Shown one piece after another: positions 54,856 to 64,000 of a stretch of 64,000 nt of DNA. The notes under the pieces are model-generated. The model searched no databases. It was not told the DNA's origin and saw only the letters and a program-made list of their open reading frames with translations. The stretch covers positions 2,016,001 through 2,080,000 of the forward strand of contig OZ250186.1 in NCBI GenBank assembly GCA_965238275.1. The letters run 5' to 3'. A program made the translations under genes and the position numbers. Each line of letters starts with the position of its first letter. Within the stretch, counting starts at the first letter, position 1. This stretch comes from Nitrosopumilus sp. (lineage in GTDB: Archaea > Thermoproteota > Nitrososphaeria > Nitrososphaerales > Nitrosopumilaceae).

Positions 54856-56154
54856 ATGAACCTGCTGTCAATCGGAGGCACAGACCCCTCGTCGGGTGCG
54901 GGAATCCAAAGCGACATCAAGACGTTTTTGGTGCTGGGCGCATACGGGCTGACTGCAGTCACGGCAGTCACTTCCCAGAACACGTCGGGTTTTGGGAGGG
55001 TCAGGCCCCTCCCTGGCAGCGCCCTGAAGGAGCAGCTGGAGGCAGTCATGTCGGATTTCAGGATTGATGGGATAAAGATTGGAATGGTGTATGACACGCG
55101 AATAATAAGGACGCTGCACCGCATGCTTGGGGGGCTGGAGGTTCCCATAGTGGTGGATCCTGTCATCGTCTCAACTACCGGCGGAAGGCTGCTAAAAGAG
55201 TCTGCCGTGGAGGACTTTCGGAGGCTCGTGGTTCCCCTTGCCACAGTCATCACCCCAAACGTCGCAGAGGCAGAGACGCTTGCAGGAGTCAGGATCGGTC
55301 CGGAGAACACGCCGGAGAGGGTGGCAGGAATCATCTGCGGCATGGGCGCCAAAGGCGTCGTAATCACCGGGATCAAGACCGGCGGCAACACCATGTCGGA
55401 TCTTGTCATGGACGACGGCACCAAGAGTCACCTTGTTCCGGGGCGCATGATTACCGGGACAAACCACGGCAGCGGATGCAACTATTCTGCAGCCATGCTG
55501 GTGTCGCTTGCAGAGGGGAATAACATTGCAGAGTCTGCAAGGCGGGCCAAAAAGTTTGCCACGGACTCTATCAGAAACGCAATGCACACAGAAGGGACAA
55601 TCCCGGTGACCGTTCAGGCAGAGGATGCGATCCGCAGCAGCCTGTCAGGCGCAATCCAGGAGTTTGTCAGGATCAGGGGCATCTGCAAAAGCATCCCCGA
55701 GTGCCAGACAAACTTTGTGTACGCCAAAAAAAACCCAAAGGCCACGGATGACATCCTGGGCATCTCGGGAAGGATCGTCAGGGCCGGGGACAGGGCAATT
55801 CTTGCAGGACACCTCAAGTACGGCGGCTCAAAGCACGTGGCAACTGCACTCTACACGGCAGGTCAAAAGTTTCCGCAGATCCGCTCCGCGATAAACCTGA
55901 GGTACCGCGACTCTGCCATACTCGGGGCCAAGAGGGCGGGCATGGCAGTGTCCCACTACGACAGGAGCCAGGAGCCCGAAGGCGTGAGCGCCGCGGGATC
56001 CAGCGTGGCATGGGGGGTCAGGCGCGCCATCAGGGACCTTGACGGCCCGCCTGACGTGGTATATCACAAGGGCGGGTACGGAAAGGAGCCCATGATCATA
56101 GTCTTTGGAACGGACCCGGACGACGTCCTGAAGAAGATTCGCAGCATCGTCTAG
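54856..56154 (+). CDS. thiD: Bifunctional HMP/HMP-P kinase and thiamine-phosphate synthase (ThiDN)
   Basis: GTDPSSGAGIQSD, HGSGC; C-terminal ThiN IPECQTN..GGSKHVA..GKEPM. Confidence 0.92.
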   Translation: MNLLSIGGTDPSSGAGIQSDIKTFLVLGAYGLTAVTAVTSQNTSGFGRVRPLPGSALKEQLEAVMSDFRIDGIKIGMVYDTRIIRTLHRMLGGLEVPIVVDPVIVSTTGGRLLKESAVEDFRRLVVPLATVITPNVAEAETLAGVRIGPENTPERVAGIICGMGAKGVVITGIKTGGNTMSDLVMDDGTKSHLVPGRMITGTNHGSGCNYSAAMLVSLAEGNNIAESARRAKKFATDSIRNAMHTEGTIPVTVQAEDAIRSSLSGAIQEFVRIRGICKSIPECQTNFVYAKKNPKATDDILGISGRIVRAGDRAILAGHLKYGGSKHVATALYTAGQKFPQIRSAINLRYRDSAILGAKRAGMAVSHYDRSQEPEGVSAAGSSVAWGVRRAIRDLDGPPDVVYHKGGYGKEPMIIVFGTDPDDVLKKIRSIV

Positions 56155-56212
56155 GCGTGCCGGAGTCCGCCCTTGAACATAAATAAATACACACGTTGCC
56201 AAAGCATAATCT

Positions 56213-56914
56213 GTGAAGGCAGTAATTCTGGCAGGCGGTCTGGGCACAAGGCTGCAGCCGTACACCACGTTTCTTCCAAAGCCGATGCTTCCGCTTGGGG
56301 AGAAGCCGATCCTGGAGCACATAATAGACTGGGTCGCAGGGCACGACATAAGATCAATCGTATTGTGCGTAAGCTATCTCAAGAAGACCATTCAGGACTA
56401 CTTTGAGGACGGGCAGAGGTTTGGGGTGGAGATCAAGTATGCATCATCGAATCGACCGCTTGCCACTGCAGGCCAGCTAAAGACTGCCGAGAACCTCGTG
56501 GATGAGACGTTCGTGTGCATGTACGGCGACTCGATCTTTGACTTTAACCTGGGGGACATGGTGTCCCACCACAACACGAGGAAGGCGTTTGTGACCATGG
56601 GCCTGAGCGAGTTCAGGACCAACCTGCCGTACGGGGTAATCAGGACCTCAGATACGGGAGGCGTGCTCGGGTGGGATGAAAAGCCCGAGATCAGCGCGAC
56701 GGTAAACATGGGATGCTACGTAATGGAGCCAGAAGTGTTTGGGATGATACCTGGGGACGCGCCGTGCGGAATGGACGATGTCATCAGGAGGGCCATCGGG
56801 GAGAAGAGGCAGGTCGAGGGCTTTATGGCCAAGGACGGATTCACGGACATTGGGGACAGGGCCTCGTACAAGAGGATACACAGGGAGTACATTGCAAGAC
56901 TTGGCAGAATCTGA
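56213..56914 (+). CDS. NDP-sugar pyrophosphorylase family nucleotidyltransferase
   Basis: ILAGGLGTRL..PKPM, EKP, DIG. Confidence 0.92.
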   Translation: MKAVILAGGLGTRLQPYTTFLPKPMLPLGEKPILEHIIDWVAGHDIRSIVLCVSYLKKTIQDYFEDGQRFGVEIKYASSNRPLATAGQLKTAENLVDETFVCMYGDSIFDFNLGDMVSHHNTRKAFVTMGLSEFRTNLPYGVIRTSDTGGVLGWDEKPEISATVNMGCYVMEPEVFGMIPGDAPCGMDDVIRRAIGEKRQVEGFMAKDGFTDIGDRASYKRIHREYIARLGRI

Positions 56915-57350
56915 TGACATACGCATAAGGGAGCTGGAGGCAAAAGACATCACGCATGGGTTTCTTGCCACGCTTGACGCGCTGAGGCCGGCAAGCAGCA
57001 GCATGGACGTGGACAAGGCCCGGAAGATCCTCGGGAGAATTGACCGGAATCAGGACCACGTCATAGTGGTCGCAGAGAAAGAAGGGGCAGTGGTGGGTGC
57101 GGCCACGCTTTTAATCGAGCCAAAGTTCATCCATGACGGCGGGCTGGCAGGGCACATCGAGGATGTCGCAGTTCACAGTGATTTTCAGGGACGCGGGATA
57201 GGCAGGATGATCATACTGCACCTTCTCAAGACTGCGAGGGACAGGGGATGCTACAAGACCGTCCTTGACTGTACCGAGGATGTCAGGCCGTTCTACGAGG
57301 AACTCGGGTTCAGACGCGCAGCAGACCAGCTAAGGGTGGATCACCCCTAA
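56901..57350 (+). CDS. GNAT acetyltransferase, glucosamine-6-phosphate N-acetyltransferase (GNA1)-like
   Basis: IEPKFIH..GHIEDVAV, QGRGIG, CYKTVLDC..FYEELGF. Confidence 0.85.
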   Translation: MAESDDIRIRELEAKDITHGFLATLDALRPASSSMDVDKARKILGRIDRNQDHVIVVAEKEGAVVGAATLLIEPKFIHDGGLAGHIEDVAVHSDFQGRGIGRMIILHLLKTARDRGCYKTVLDCTEDVRPFYEELGFRRAADQLRVDHP

Positions 57351-57787
57351 AAGTACTCTTTTTTGGGACGGACCTTCTTGTGCTTTAACAGGTAGGCACC
57401 AAAGATCATCACCGGTATGGACAGCGCCATGAACAGCAACGGGACATACACCACGGAGTCTGTCTTGTGTGTGTCGCCTATTCTGCCAGTCAGTATGCTG
57501 CACGCGTACATTCCCACAAGCAGCACGGCCCCGCCTGCAATTATCAGGGTGCCTATCTGCCTTGAGCCGTAGTGCCTTGCCATGATGAACGATACCGCTG
57601 CAAGTATTCCTGCTGGGGCGGCACCGATGGATGCAAACTGGATAAGCTTTGGATCCGCCTCAAAGAACTGTACAAGCTCTAGATCCCGCGGGATGTCGGC
57701 CATAAAGTTGTAGATTGAGATCATCTCGCCGGCAAACATTCCAAACAGTGCAAGGCTGCCTATGGCAAGCCATTTCTCAAGAGCCAT
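57347..57787 (-). CDS. Membrane protein (four TM)
   Basis: Hydrophobic segments; start MALEKW. Confidence 0.75.
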   Translation of the reverse strand: MALEKWLAIGSLALFGMFAGEMISIYNFMADIPRDLELVQFFEADPKLIQFASIGAAPAGILAAVSFIMARHYGSRQIGTLIIAGGAVLLVGMYACSILTGRIGDTHKTDSVVYVPLLFMALSIPVMIFGAYLLKHKKVRPKKEYF

Positions 57788-58110
57788 GGCTTTCACGTAC
57801 AGTGATTGATAAATAAACCATTCAAAACAGGTTCTGGACGGGCCTTTTAAGGCGTGCACCTAGTACTTGTTCCCGACTATCTTGTTCCTAGTCAGATTCA
57901 TACGTATTAGTGCGCGTGGAAACCCAGAAAAGATCTGTAAACATAGTGGGCCGGATGGGATGTGTAGCGATAACATGACATTTTTAGGTTCCGCCGTGCC
58001 TGCAAAACCGTCCCGTGCCATTCCAGGTGCGGGTACTTTCCCCGGAAGACAGCATTATGCAGGAATTACAAATCAACAGGATTCCCGAACAGACCTGCCG
58101 GTGCGACACG

Positions 58111-58251
58111 TCAGACACCCCTTGCCAGCATGTCGTTTATGGCATCAGAGTATCTGTATGCCTTGTTGGTATCCAGCATCATCTTGGCCTGATACTCCTT
58201 TATCCTGCGGTCCAGAACGTCATCAATCGTGAACGTGACGCGTTTGGCCAT
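58111..58251 (-). CDS. 46-aa ribbon-helix-helix-like protein
   Basis: Manual translation MAKRVTFTIDDVLDRRIKEYQAKMMLDTNKAYRYSDAINDMLARGV. Confidence 0.65.
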   Translation of the reverse strand: MAKRVTFTIDDVLDRRIKEYQAKMMLDTNKAYRYSDAINDMLARGV

Positions 58252-58377
58252 GCTACCCCAGCAGCTCCTGCCCTTCCAGATATGCCTAGATGACCCCTTA
58301 ACTAGATCTTTTCGATCATGCAGTATCAGGGATCAACCGTCACGCTAAGCGTGGGTTGGTGAGGGTCATGGGTTCAA

Positions 58378-58614
58378 TCACCTAAACCATTTTCTTGCAT
58401 CGTCTCTGTCATGTACCATTAAACCAACACCTGATCCTATAAGGGTGGGAGATTTGATTACAACGCCAGCCGCAGTCATCAGCATGCCAGCTTCGCCATG
58501 ATGGGTTTTGATATAATTTTCCCATTTTTTCTTCTGCTGTGGCGTGGCATATTTTTTGTATGCTTCTGCAAGCAAATAGCTTCCTGCAGTACCGACAAGA
58601 ATTAAAAATATCAT
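58378..58614 (-). CDS. Small hydrophobic hypothetical protein
   Basis: AT-rich ORF, HHGEAG and HDRDD motifs flanking hydrophobic stretch. Confidence 0.55.
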   Translation of the reverse strand: MIFLILVGTAGSYLLAEAYKKYATPQQKKKWENYIKTHHGEAGMLMTAAGVVIKSPTLIGSGVGLMVHDRDDARKWFR

Positions 58615-58707
58615 ACGTTTTGGTATTGCGCTCCAGCATTTAAACGTTGTATGTTAATTTGCATGCAGCAAGAGTATATATTTAACACGAATGGTCATAA
58701 AAACATC

Positions 58708-58905
58708 ATGAAAAAATCTAAGCCAAAATACGTCAGCATGAGAATCCCAAAAACAGAATATGACAAACTGAGAAAAGCAAGAGAAGAAATGCAGCATAAG
58801 CCAGAGTATTCCTGGGTGGGTAGCTTAGCCTTGGGAGCATTTGTTGGATTGGTTGCAGGATTGGCAATCAAAAAATTAGCAGAATCAGATGAAGATTCTC
58901 TATAA
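58708..58905 (+). CDS. Small protein: RHH-like N-terminus plus Gly-rich hydrophobic helix
   Basis: YVSMRIPKTEYDKL; LALGAFVGLVAGLAI. Confidence 0.55.
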   Translation: MKKSKPKYVSMRIPKTEYDKLRKAREEMQHKPEYSWVGSLALGAFVGLVAGLAIKKLAESDEDSL

Positions 58906-59235
58906 TGTTTGATCCTGATCGTATCACACTATCTGGATAGGAACCAAGTCTTAGTTCAGCAGCCCCGCCCCCTAGGTATGTCAGGGCGCGTATGAGATCC
59001 TGCCTGTCCAGCGTGTCGTCTATGAACCACTTTGCTATGTACTTGAAATAGTCAGGAACTGTGATCCCCTCGAATCCAAACACGCTGAGAAACTCCGCAT
59101 CATCGACGTACTCAGATAAGTAGCCGCTCCACGCCTTGATGGTCTGAAGCTCGGATTCGCTAAAGCCTCCCGTAGTATCGGCGTGCCGGGCTCCGGATCC
59201 ACTATAGCGGATATTGTGTCCGACTCCGGATCCAC
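58868..59235 (-). pseudogene. Probable remnant of a surface-protein C-terminus
   Basis: Two overlapping frames; DAEFLSVFGFEGITVPDYFKYIAKWF..LIRALTYL recalls thaumarchaeal IP.W.K..A.W tails. Confidence 0.35.
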
Positions 59236-59321
59236 ATGGATTCAGCCTATAATGATGCCATTCAAGTTACCTTGCTGCTGACACGGTGCCCCAGGATTGG
59301 ACATGTTGGAGTCCATCATCC

Positions 59322-60332
59322 TCATGATATTCCCACCAGCGCAGAAAACTCCTCCCTGCATGCGGCACCAAGACGCTTTGCTGCATCCTCAGGCGAGACA
59401 TCATTCAGGAAGATGCCGTACCCCCTCTCCAGTCCGGTCCACTGCCGGGTAACAGGATACACCTCGATATGCCAGTGGATCTGCCGGGTGTTCTTTTTTT
59501 CAGGCGAGAGGTGAAACACCATGTTAAACGAGACGTCCTTGACCACGCGCGTCAGCCCCCCCAACGTGGATCGAATTATCAGGGAGAGATCGTTGATCTC
59601 CTTTTGCGTGATCTTGGAGAAGAGCGTGGTGTGTTTTTTGGGGGATATCCAGAACTCGTACGGGTATGACGACGACCACGGGCAGTACGCGATGAACCCG
59701 TCTGTCCGCAGTATCTGCCGCGGGCCGCCGGTCTCATCGGTGATTATCTTGCACATCGGGCAGACGCCGTTCTCGTTTTGCATCCGGTGGTATGACTCGG
59801 TCTCGCCCCCGATCACGGGGGGGATGGTGGAAAATGTAAGCATGTTCAGGTACGGGTGCGGGTTGTGGCTCCCGGAGAGCGGTCCGTGATCCGCGTAGAT
59901 TGCGACATACCGTACCCCCTTTTGGGCATACAGCCACTTCAGCCTGTCCTGCACCACCACCAGTATGTTCGACCACTGGTCCACGTCGATGGTCGCAAAC
60001 GTCTCATCGGGATTCGGGGACGCGACCACGATATAGTGGTACCCGTATGCAGGCTCGCTGTAGAACGCCCCGTCGCCGTACAGGTTCTCGGCATCCACGG
60101 ACATGATGGGGTTGCTGCTCGGAACGACCCTGACGGACCAGCCCTGAACGTATTCGCCCTCGCTGTCCTGAAGGCGCCGCAGCATCCCGTCCTTTGCGAC
60201 AAGGGACAGAACGGACGGGTTCGTGGCAGTCTCGTTTCCAGGCGAGTATACAGAGCCGTCCTGACTGGCACTGTATGAACTGGAAATTATCATAAAGCGC
60301 TCAGATACGTAATCCTTGCGCATGCTTCCCAT
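59322..60332 (-). CDS. Galactose-1-phosphate uridylyltransferase (GalT) family protein
   Basis: PGNE, CPMC, YPYEFWISPKKH, HWHIEVYP, GLERGYG; active-site motif reads HPY. Confidence 0.85.
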   Translation of the reverse strand: MGSMRKDYVSERFMIISSSYSASQDGSVYSPGNETATNPSVLSLVAKDGMLRRLQDSEGEYVQGWSVRVVPSSNPIMSVDAENLYGDGAFYSEPAYGYHYIVVASPNPDETFATIDVDQWSNILVVVQDRLKWLYAQKGVRYVAIYADHGPLSGSHNPHPYLNMLTFSTIPPVIGGETESYHRMQNENGVCPMCKIITDETGGPRQILRTDGFIAYCPWSSSYPYEFWISPKKHTTLFSKITQKEINDLSLIIRSTLGGLTRVVKDVSFNMVFHLSPEKKNTRQIHWHIEVYPVTRQWTGLERGYGIFLNDVSPEDAAKRLGAACREEFSALVGIS

Positions 60333-60522
60333 GGTGGTACTGCAATCTGAAACAGTAAAAATGTTTGCGAGGCCGCATCCTGTGATAAACCGCACAATGC
60401 ACGAAAGGGGCGTACGGACCGGCAGCAAGCCGCCCCGGGCAGGCCCCGCCACGAATGGAACCCGAATGACCGCGCTGGAAGATTTAAAGTAGAGCGGCAA
60501 TCCGGGACAGGCAGGGGTATTC

Positions 60523-61812
60523 ATGGATAACTCGGGCGTTCATATGGTTTACGTTCTGCTAGACGGGGTCGGGGATCTCCCGCACCCGGATCTTGACGGA
60601 AGAACGCCGCTGGAGGCTGCGCACACCCCGGTCCTTGACAGGATTGCCTCCAACGGCTCAATAGGCCAGGTAATCTCAGTCGGGAAGGGGATTGCCCCAG
60701 AATCAGACATTGCAGTCTTTAACATGCTGGGATACAAGTTCAACCACTCAGACTATGTCGGGCGGGGCGTAATCGAGGCGATAGGAATCGGGATCAACTT
60801 CAAGGACGGGGACCTTGCGCTGCGGGGAAACTATTCCACGCTGGATGAAGACGGAATAATCACAGACCGGAGGGCAGGAAGGCACATCAACAGGGAGGAC
60901 GCAGACGGAATCGCAAGGGAGATTGAAAAGGGGGTGGAATTTTCAGAGCCCGGAATCTCGGTGGCAGTCGCCCCCACAATAGGGTACAGGGTGACAGTCA
61001 GGATAAGGGGGGAGTCGCGCATGCTGTCCTCAAAGATTACCAACACGGATCCGGCCTACAGCAACATCGGGGGCATGGGAGTGGCAAAGGCCGTCGGGGA
61101 TTTTTTAAAGGTCGAAAGGTGCCTGCCCCTTGACGAGACGGAATCTGCCAGGTCGACTGCCGGGATCGTAAACGAGTTTTCTGAAAAGTCAACTGGCATC
61201 ATGAGGAATAGCCAGATAAACAGGAACAGGCAGGCACAGGACAGAAAACAGCTCAGCTGCATCCTTCTCAGGGACGCCGGGAACAGGTATCCCAGCGTCG
61301 CGCCCATCAACGAAAAATACGGCATGAACTTTTCGTGCATAGTGGACATGCCAGTGGAGATTGGGATCTCCAAGGTTCTCAAGATGAAGGCCTTTGAGGC
61401 CGGAGGGCTGACAGACTATGAGGAGAAGGCAAGGGTCGCAGCAGAGGCCATGAAGACCCAGAATGCAATATACGTGCACCTCAAGGGTCCCGACGAGTTT
61501 GGCCATGACGGGGACGCAGTCGGCAAGACCAGGAACATCGAGGAGATCGACCGGAGGTTCTTCAAGACGCTTGTAGAGGAAATAGACACAGGCAGGGTCA
61601 CCATAGTGATATCTGCAGACCACTCGACGCCGTGCATCAACAAGGGGCACAGCGACGACCCGGTTCCGGTACTCGTCTCAGGGGATCACATCAGAAACGA
61701 CGGAACCACGAGAATGACTGAAAGGCAGGCCAAAGAAGGAAGCATCGGCCTTCTCCAGGGGGCCGACGTGCTAGGGACGGCCCTGAAACTTGTCAAATCT
61801 CAAAGAGGGTAA
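60523..61812 (+). CDS. apgM: 2,3-BPG-independent phosphoglycerate mutase
   Basis: LDGVGD..TPLEAA, PESD, HLKGPDEFGHDG, ADHSTP, HSDDPVP. Confidence 0.95.
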   Translation: MDNSGVHMVYVLLDGVGDLPHPDLDGRTPLEAAHTPVLDRIASNGSIGQVISVGKGIAPESDIAVFNMLGYKFNHSDYVGRGVIEAIGIGINFKDGDLALRGNYSTLDEDGIITDRRAGRHINREDADGIAREIEKGVEFSEPGISVAVAPTIGYRVTVRIRGESRMLSSKITNTDPAYSNIGGMGVAKAVGDFLKVERCLPLDETESARSTAGIVNEFSEKSTGIMRNSQINRNRQAQDRKQLSCILLRDAGNRYPSVAPINEKYGMNFSCIVDMPVEIGISKVLKMKAFEAGGLTDYEEKARVAAEAMKTQNAIYVHLKGPDEFGHDGDAVGKTRNIEEIDRRFFKTLVEEIDTGRVTIVISADHSTPCINKGHSDDPVPVLVSGDHIRNDGTTRMTERQAKEGSIGLLQGADVLGTALKLVKSQRG

Positions 61813-62353
61813 GGCGGTTTGCATGCTGCATGTCAAGTGCGTTTTTTCGCATGCGGTCGATGTCTATGGAGTGGTACGTTGACGGGGAGGTGCCCAGCTT
61901 CTCCAGCACCCTGCGCAGCATCCCGATTCCAATGCGGTGCTCGTCTTTTTGGCCGTGCGCAAACGCGACTGCCATCAGGATGATTCCCTGAACCAGCTCC
62001 TTCTCCCGGCCAAAGCACTTCTTCCAGACGCCCTCAAAGGCCTCGTGGCTCTCCCAGAACCTTTCGCTGTTAAAGTAGAATATGCCGTCGCTGATTCCCT
62101 GCTCCTTGTCAATCTCCTCCTCAAGGACATGCCGGATGTTGTCCACGGGGCCTATCGGGGACAGCTTTTCAACCAGTGTGTCAAGGTTGTCCTCATCGAC
62201 TGAAACGTCCAGCTCTACAAACCTGTTGGCAACTCTTGCAACCCGTACGGATGCGTCCATCCCGGAGGCCAGATCCCGGGCCAGGTATACCACCTTGCGG
62301 GAGTCATCTGAGGAATACCCGGTGTTCTTCAGGTGAAGCATGTAGCGTTCCAT
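61793..62353 (-). CDS. DUF309 domain protein
   Basis: FNSERFWESHEAFEGVW..QGII. Confidence 0.85.
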   Translation of the reverse strand: MERYMLHLKNTGYSSDDSRKVVYLARDLASGMDASVRVARVANRFVELDVSVDEDNLDTLVEKLSPIGPVDNIRHVLEEEIDKEQGISDGIFYFNSERFWESHEAFEGVWKKCFGREKELVQGIILMAVAFAHGQKDEHRIGIGMLRRVLEKLGTSPSTYHSIDIDRMRKNALDMQHANRLTLFEI

Positions 62354-62508
62354 GCGTACTGTGGTGTGGTGATTTCTTAAATTTCTTACCAAGCATTGAT
62401 GCATGTTCCTCGGGTCACGGACTCACAAGTGCAGGCATGCCTCCATCCGGGGAGTGTGCCGACTTTTTCAATCAAGGTTTATATGAAATAGGCAGAGACC
62501 TTGGATAC

Positions 62509-62817
62509 ATGTCCATCGTGGAGTCCGTTGCAGATGTCAACAACACGTTCCTCTCCAGGAGGGAGATTACATGCAGTTTTACGGGGCTCGCAGGCAAGCT
62601 CAAAAAGCTCGAGGCAACAGAGATGGTTACCAAAAAGTTCAGCCTGGACGGAAAGGTGGTGATTCCACTGAGGCTAAAGACCCATATAGGAAAGCCCACG
62701 ATCACTGGAATCTTTCACGTGTACGACGACGAGGAGCTCGCAAAGAGATACGCCAACCCAAAGATTCTGGCAAGGCTGGATAAGATCAAGGCAGGGGAAT
62801 CCAAGGAGTCAGAATAA
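62509..62817 (+). CDS. rps24e: 30S ribosomal protein S24e
   Basis: NTFLSRREI, G.FHVYDD; directly upstream of S27ae. Confidence 0.88.
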   Translation: MSIVESVADVNNTFLSRREITCSFTGLAGKLKKLEATEMVTKKFSLDGKVVIPLRLKTHIGKPTITGIFHVYDDEELAKRYANPKILARLDKIKAGESKESE

Positions 62818-63023
62818 TGGCAGGAAAAAAGGGCATCAGTCCAAGCGTTTCATCGTACTATAAGATAGAAAACGACGCCATAACAAGGACGAGGAAGAAC
62901 TGCTCCAGGTGCGGAAGGGGCATATTCATGTCCGAGCACAAGGACAGGCACACCTGCGGAAAGTGCGGCCTGACTGAATTCAAGCAAGAGTATACCAAGA
63001 ATGATAAATTCGTAGACATGTAA
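62817..63023 (+). CDS. rps27ae: 30S ribosomal protein S27ae
   Basis: CSRCG.GIFMSEH.DR..CGKCG. Confidence 0.95.
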   Translation: MAGKKGISPSVSSYYKIENDAITRTRKNCSRCGRGIFMSEHKDRHTCGKCGLTEFKQEYTKNDKFVDM

Positions 63024-63090
63024 TCCTTCAAACCCTGCCTAAAATTATCCAGAAGATCTTACGAACTTTACGTCTTTGGTATAGCAGCAG

Positions 63091-63801
63091 TCAGTAGAGC
63101 CTCTTCTTTGTACGCATCTTGGAACTCTTCTCTTCAAGCTGCTGTATCTTTGAGAGGAGGTCGGGATTGATGCTGATGCTGGAGATGGACTCGGCGGACA
63201 GCTTTACGTTGTTTTCATCCAGTGAGACGTTGAACTTTGGAAGATCCTTGTCAATCCAGAACTTGGTCACCTTGTCTTCAAGCTTGTAGTCGCGAAAGCC
63301 TGCGGGGAACTTCTTTGTGATGTGGTTGAGCAGCGTCCTGTCCTCAAAGATCGCCCTGGGCTCGATGAGCCTCGTCTCGTCGCCATACACGTTCTCAAAC
63401 AGGTTTCCGGAGACCTCGTCGGAGAGCAGCCGCATCTTTGAGATCCTCTGCATCAGTTCAAGGTAGTGCAGGAACTCGTGTGCCAGGACGGCATGGACGG
63501 TACCCCGCAGGCCGTATGCGACAAGCGGGGCGGATATCTGGATGACCACCTCAAATTGCTCCTTGTACATTATGGGGATCGTCCTTGCAAACAGGATCCC
63601 GTACTCGAACTGGTTCAGGCCCGGGGAGGACACCACCAGGGACGGCTCCACGTATGCAATGGGGTACTTTATCCCGGAGGATTTTTCAATGCGGTTTATT
63701 CCGGCAACCACTATCGGAAAGCGTTCGGTCACGCGCCGGAAGACCCTGTATGGGATGACCCCCTTGGAATGTGCATCTTTGAGGCGTATTAGCGGATCCA
63801 A
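63091..63801 (-). CDS. Hypothetical protein with HExxH motif
   Basis: LAHEFLH. Confidence 0.75.
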   Translation of the reverse strand: MDPLIRLKDAHSKGVIPYRVFRRVTERFPIVVAGINRIEKSSGIKYPIAYVEPSLVVSSPGLNQFEYGILFARTIPIMYKEQFEVVIQISAPLVAYGLRGTVHAVLAHEFLHYLELMQRISKMRLLSDEVSGNLFENVYGDETRLIEPRAIFEDRTLLNHITKKFPAGFRDYKLEDKVTKFWIDKDLPKFNVSLDENNVKLSAESISSISINPDLLSKIQQLEEKSSKMRTKKRLY

Positions 63802-64000
63802 TATTCATCACTTGGCAATCATAGCTGTGCGGGTGTTATCATCATGTCCTGTCAGGATCTGGGCTTTCCTGCAGTCTTTCTCTTGCGGGTAGCAGCACTT
63901 TGGTCCGCACGTCTTTGATGCTTGTTCTTTTTTCTCAGTGGCATGCCATTTGGGGCACAGGGTGTTAGTTAATTGTTATCATTGGGTAGCAGCATGACGT

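Noticed and set aside
58290-58340. Hammerhead ribozyme on the minus strand (CTGATA..GAAA)
   Set aside because: Core requires CUGANGA and correctly placed stems; not satisfied
63807-63944. 45-codon Cys-containing ORF on the minus strand
   Set aside because: Too short, with no recognisable motif to support a call

Overview
Core-chromosome segment of an ammonia-oxidising archaeon (Nitrososphaerota/Thaumarchaeota, Nitrosopumilaceae-like). The assignment rests on an archaeal 16S-23S operon with no spacer tRNA, hemL divergent from 16S, and TFB, EF-1alpha, Rpo12, DnaJ-ferredoxin and ThiDN genes. Coding GC looks clearly higher than in planktonic Nitrosopumilus (judged by eye, not computed), which would fit a host-associated lineage. 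Housekeeping genes are interleaved with three complete IS elements whose ends and target duplications can be read from the sequence (two IS5-family, one IS630), several small accessory islets and many slippage-type tandem duplications. Main observations: (1) a candidate complete PHA granule module (phaEC, a phaR-phaP-like operon with four repeated operator-like motifs, and an upstream lipase-box hydrolase); (2) an IS630 inserted in codon 8 of a SocA/YwgA-like + UPF0175-like antitoxin next to a collapsed PIN-like toxin; (3) a densely base-paired ~235 nt intergenic element that may be an unannotated ncRNA; (4) a 10-bp duplication frameshifting hemL; (5) a cupredoxin and a GalT homologue lacking canonical catalytic residues; (6) four neighbouring proteins sharing an MGLF N-terminus. 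All family calls come from motif recognition by eye; no database search was run.
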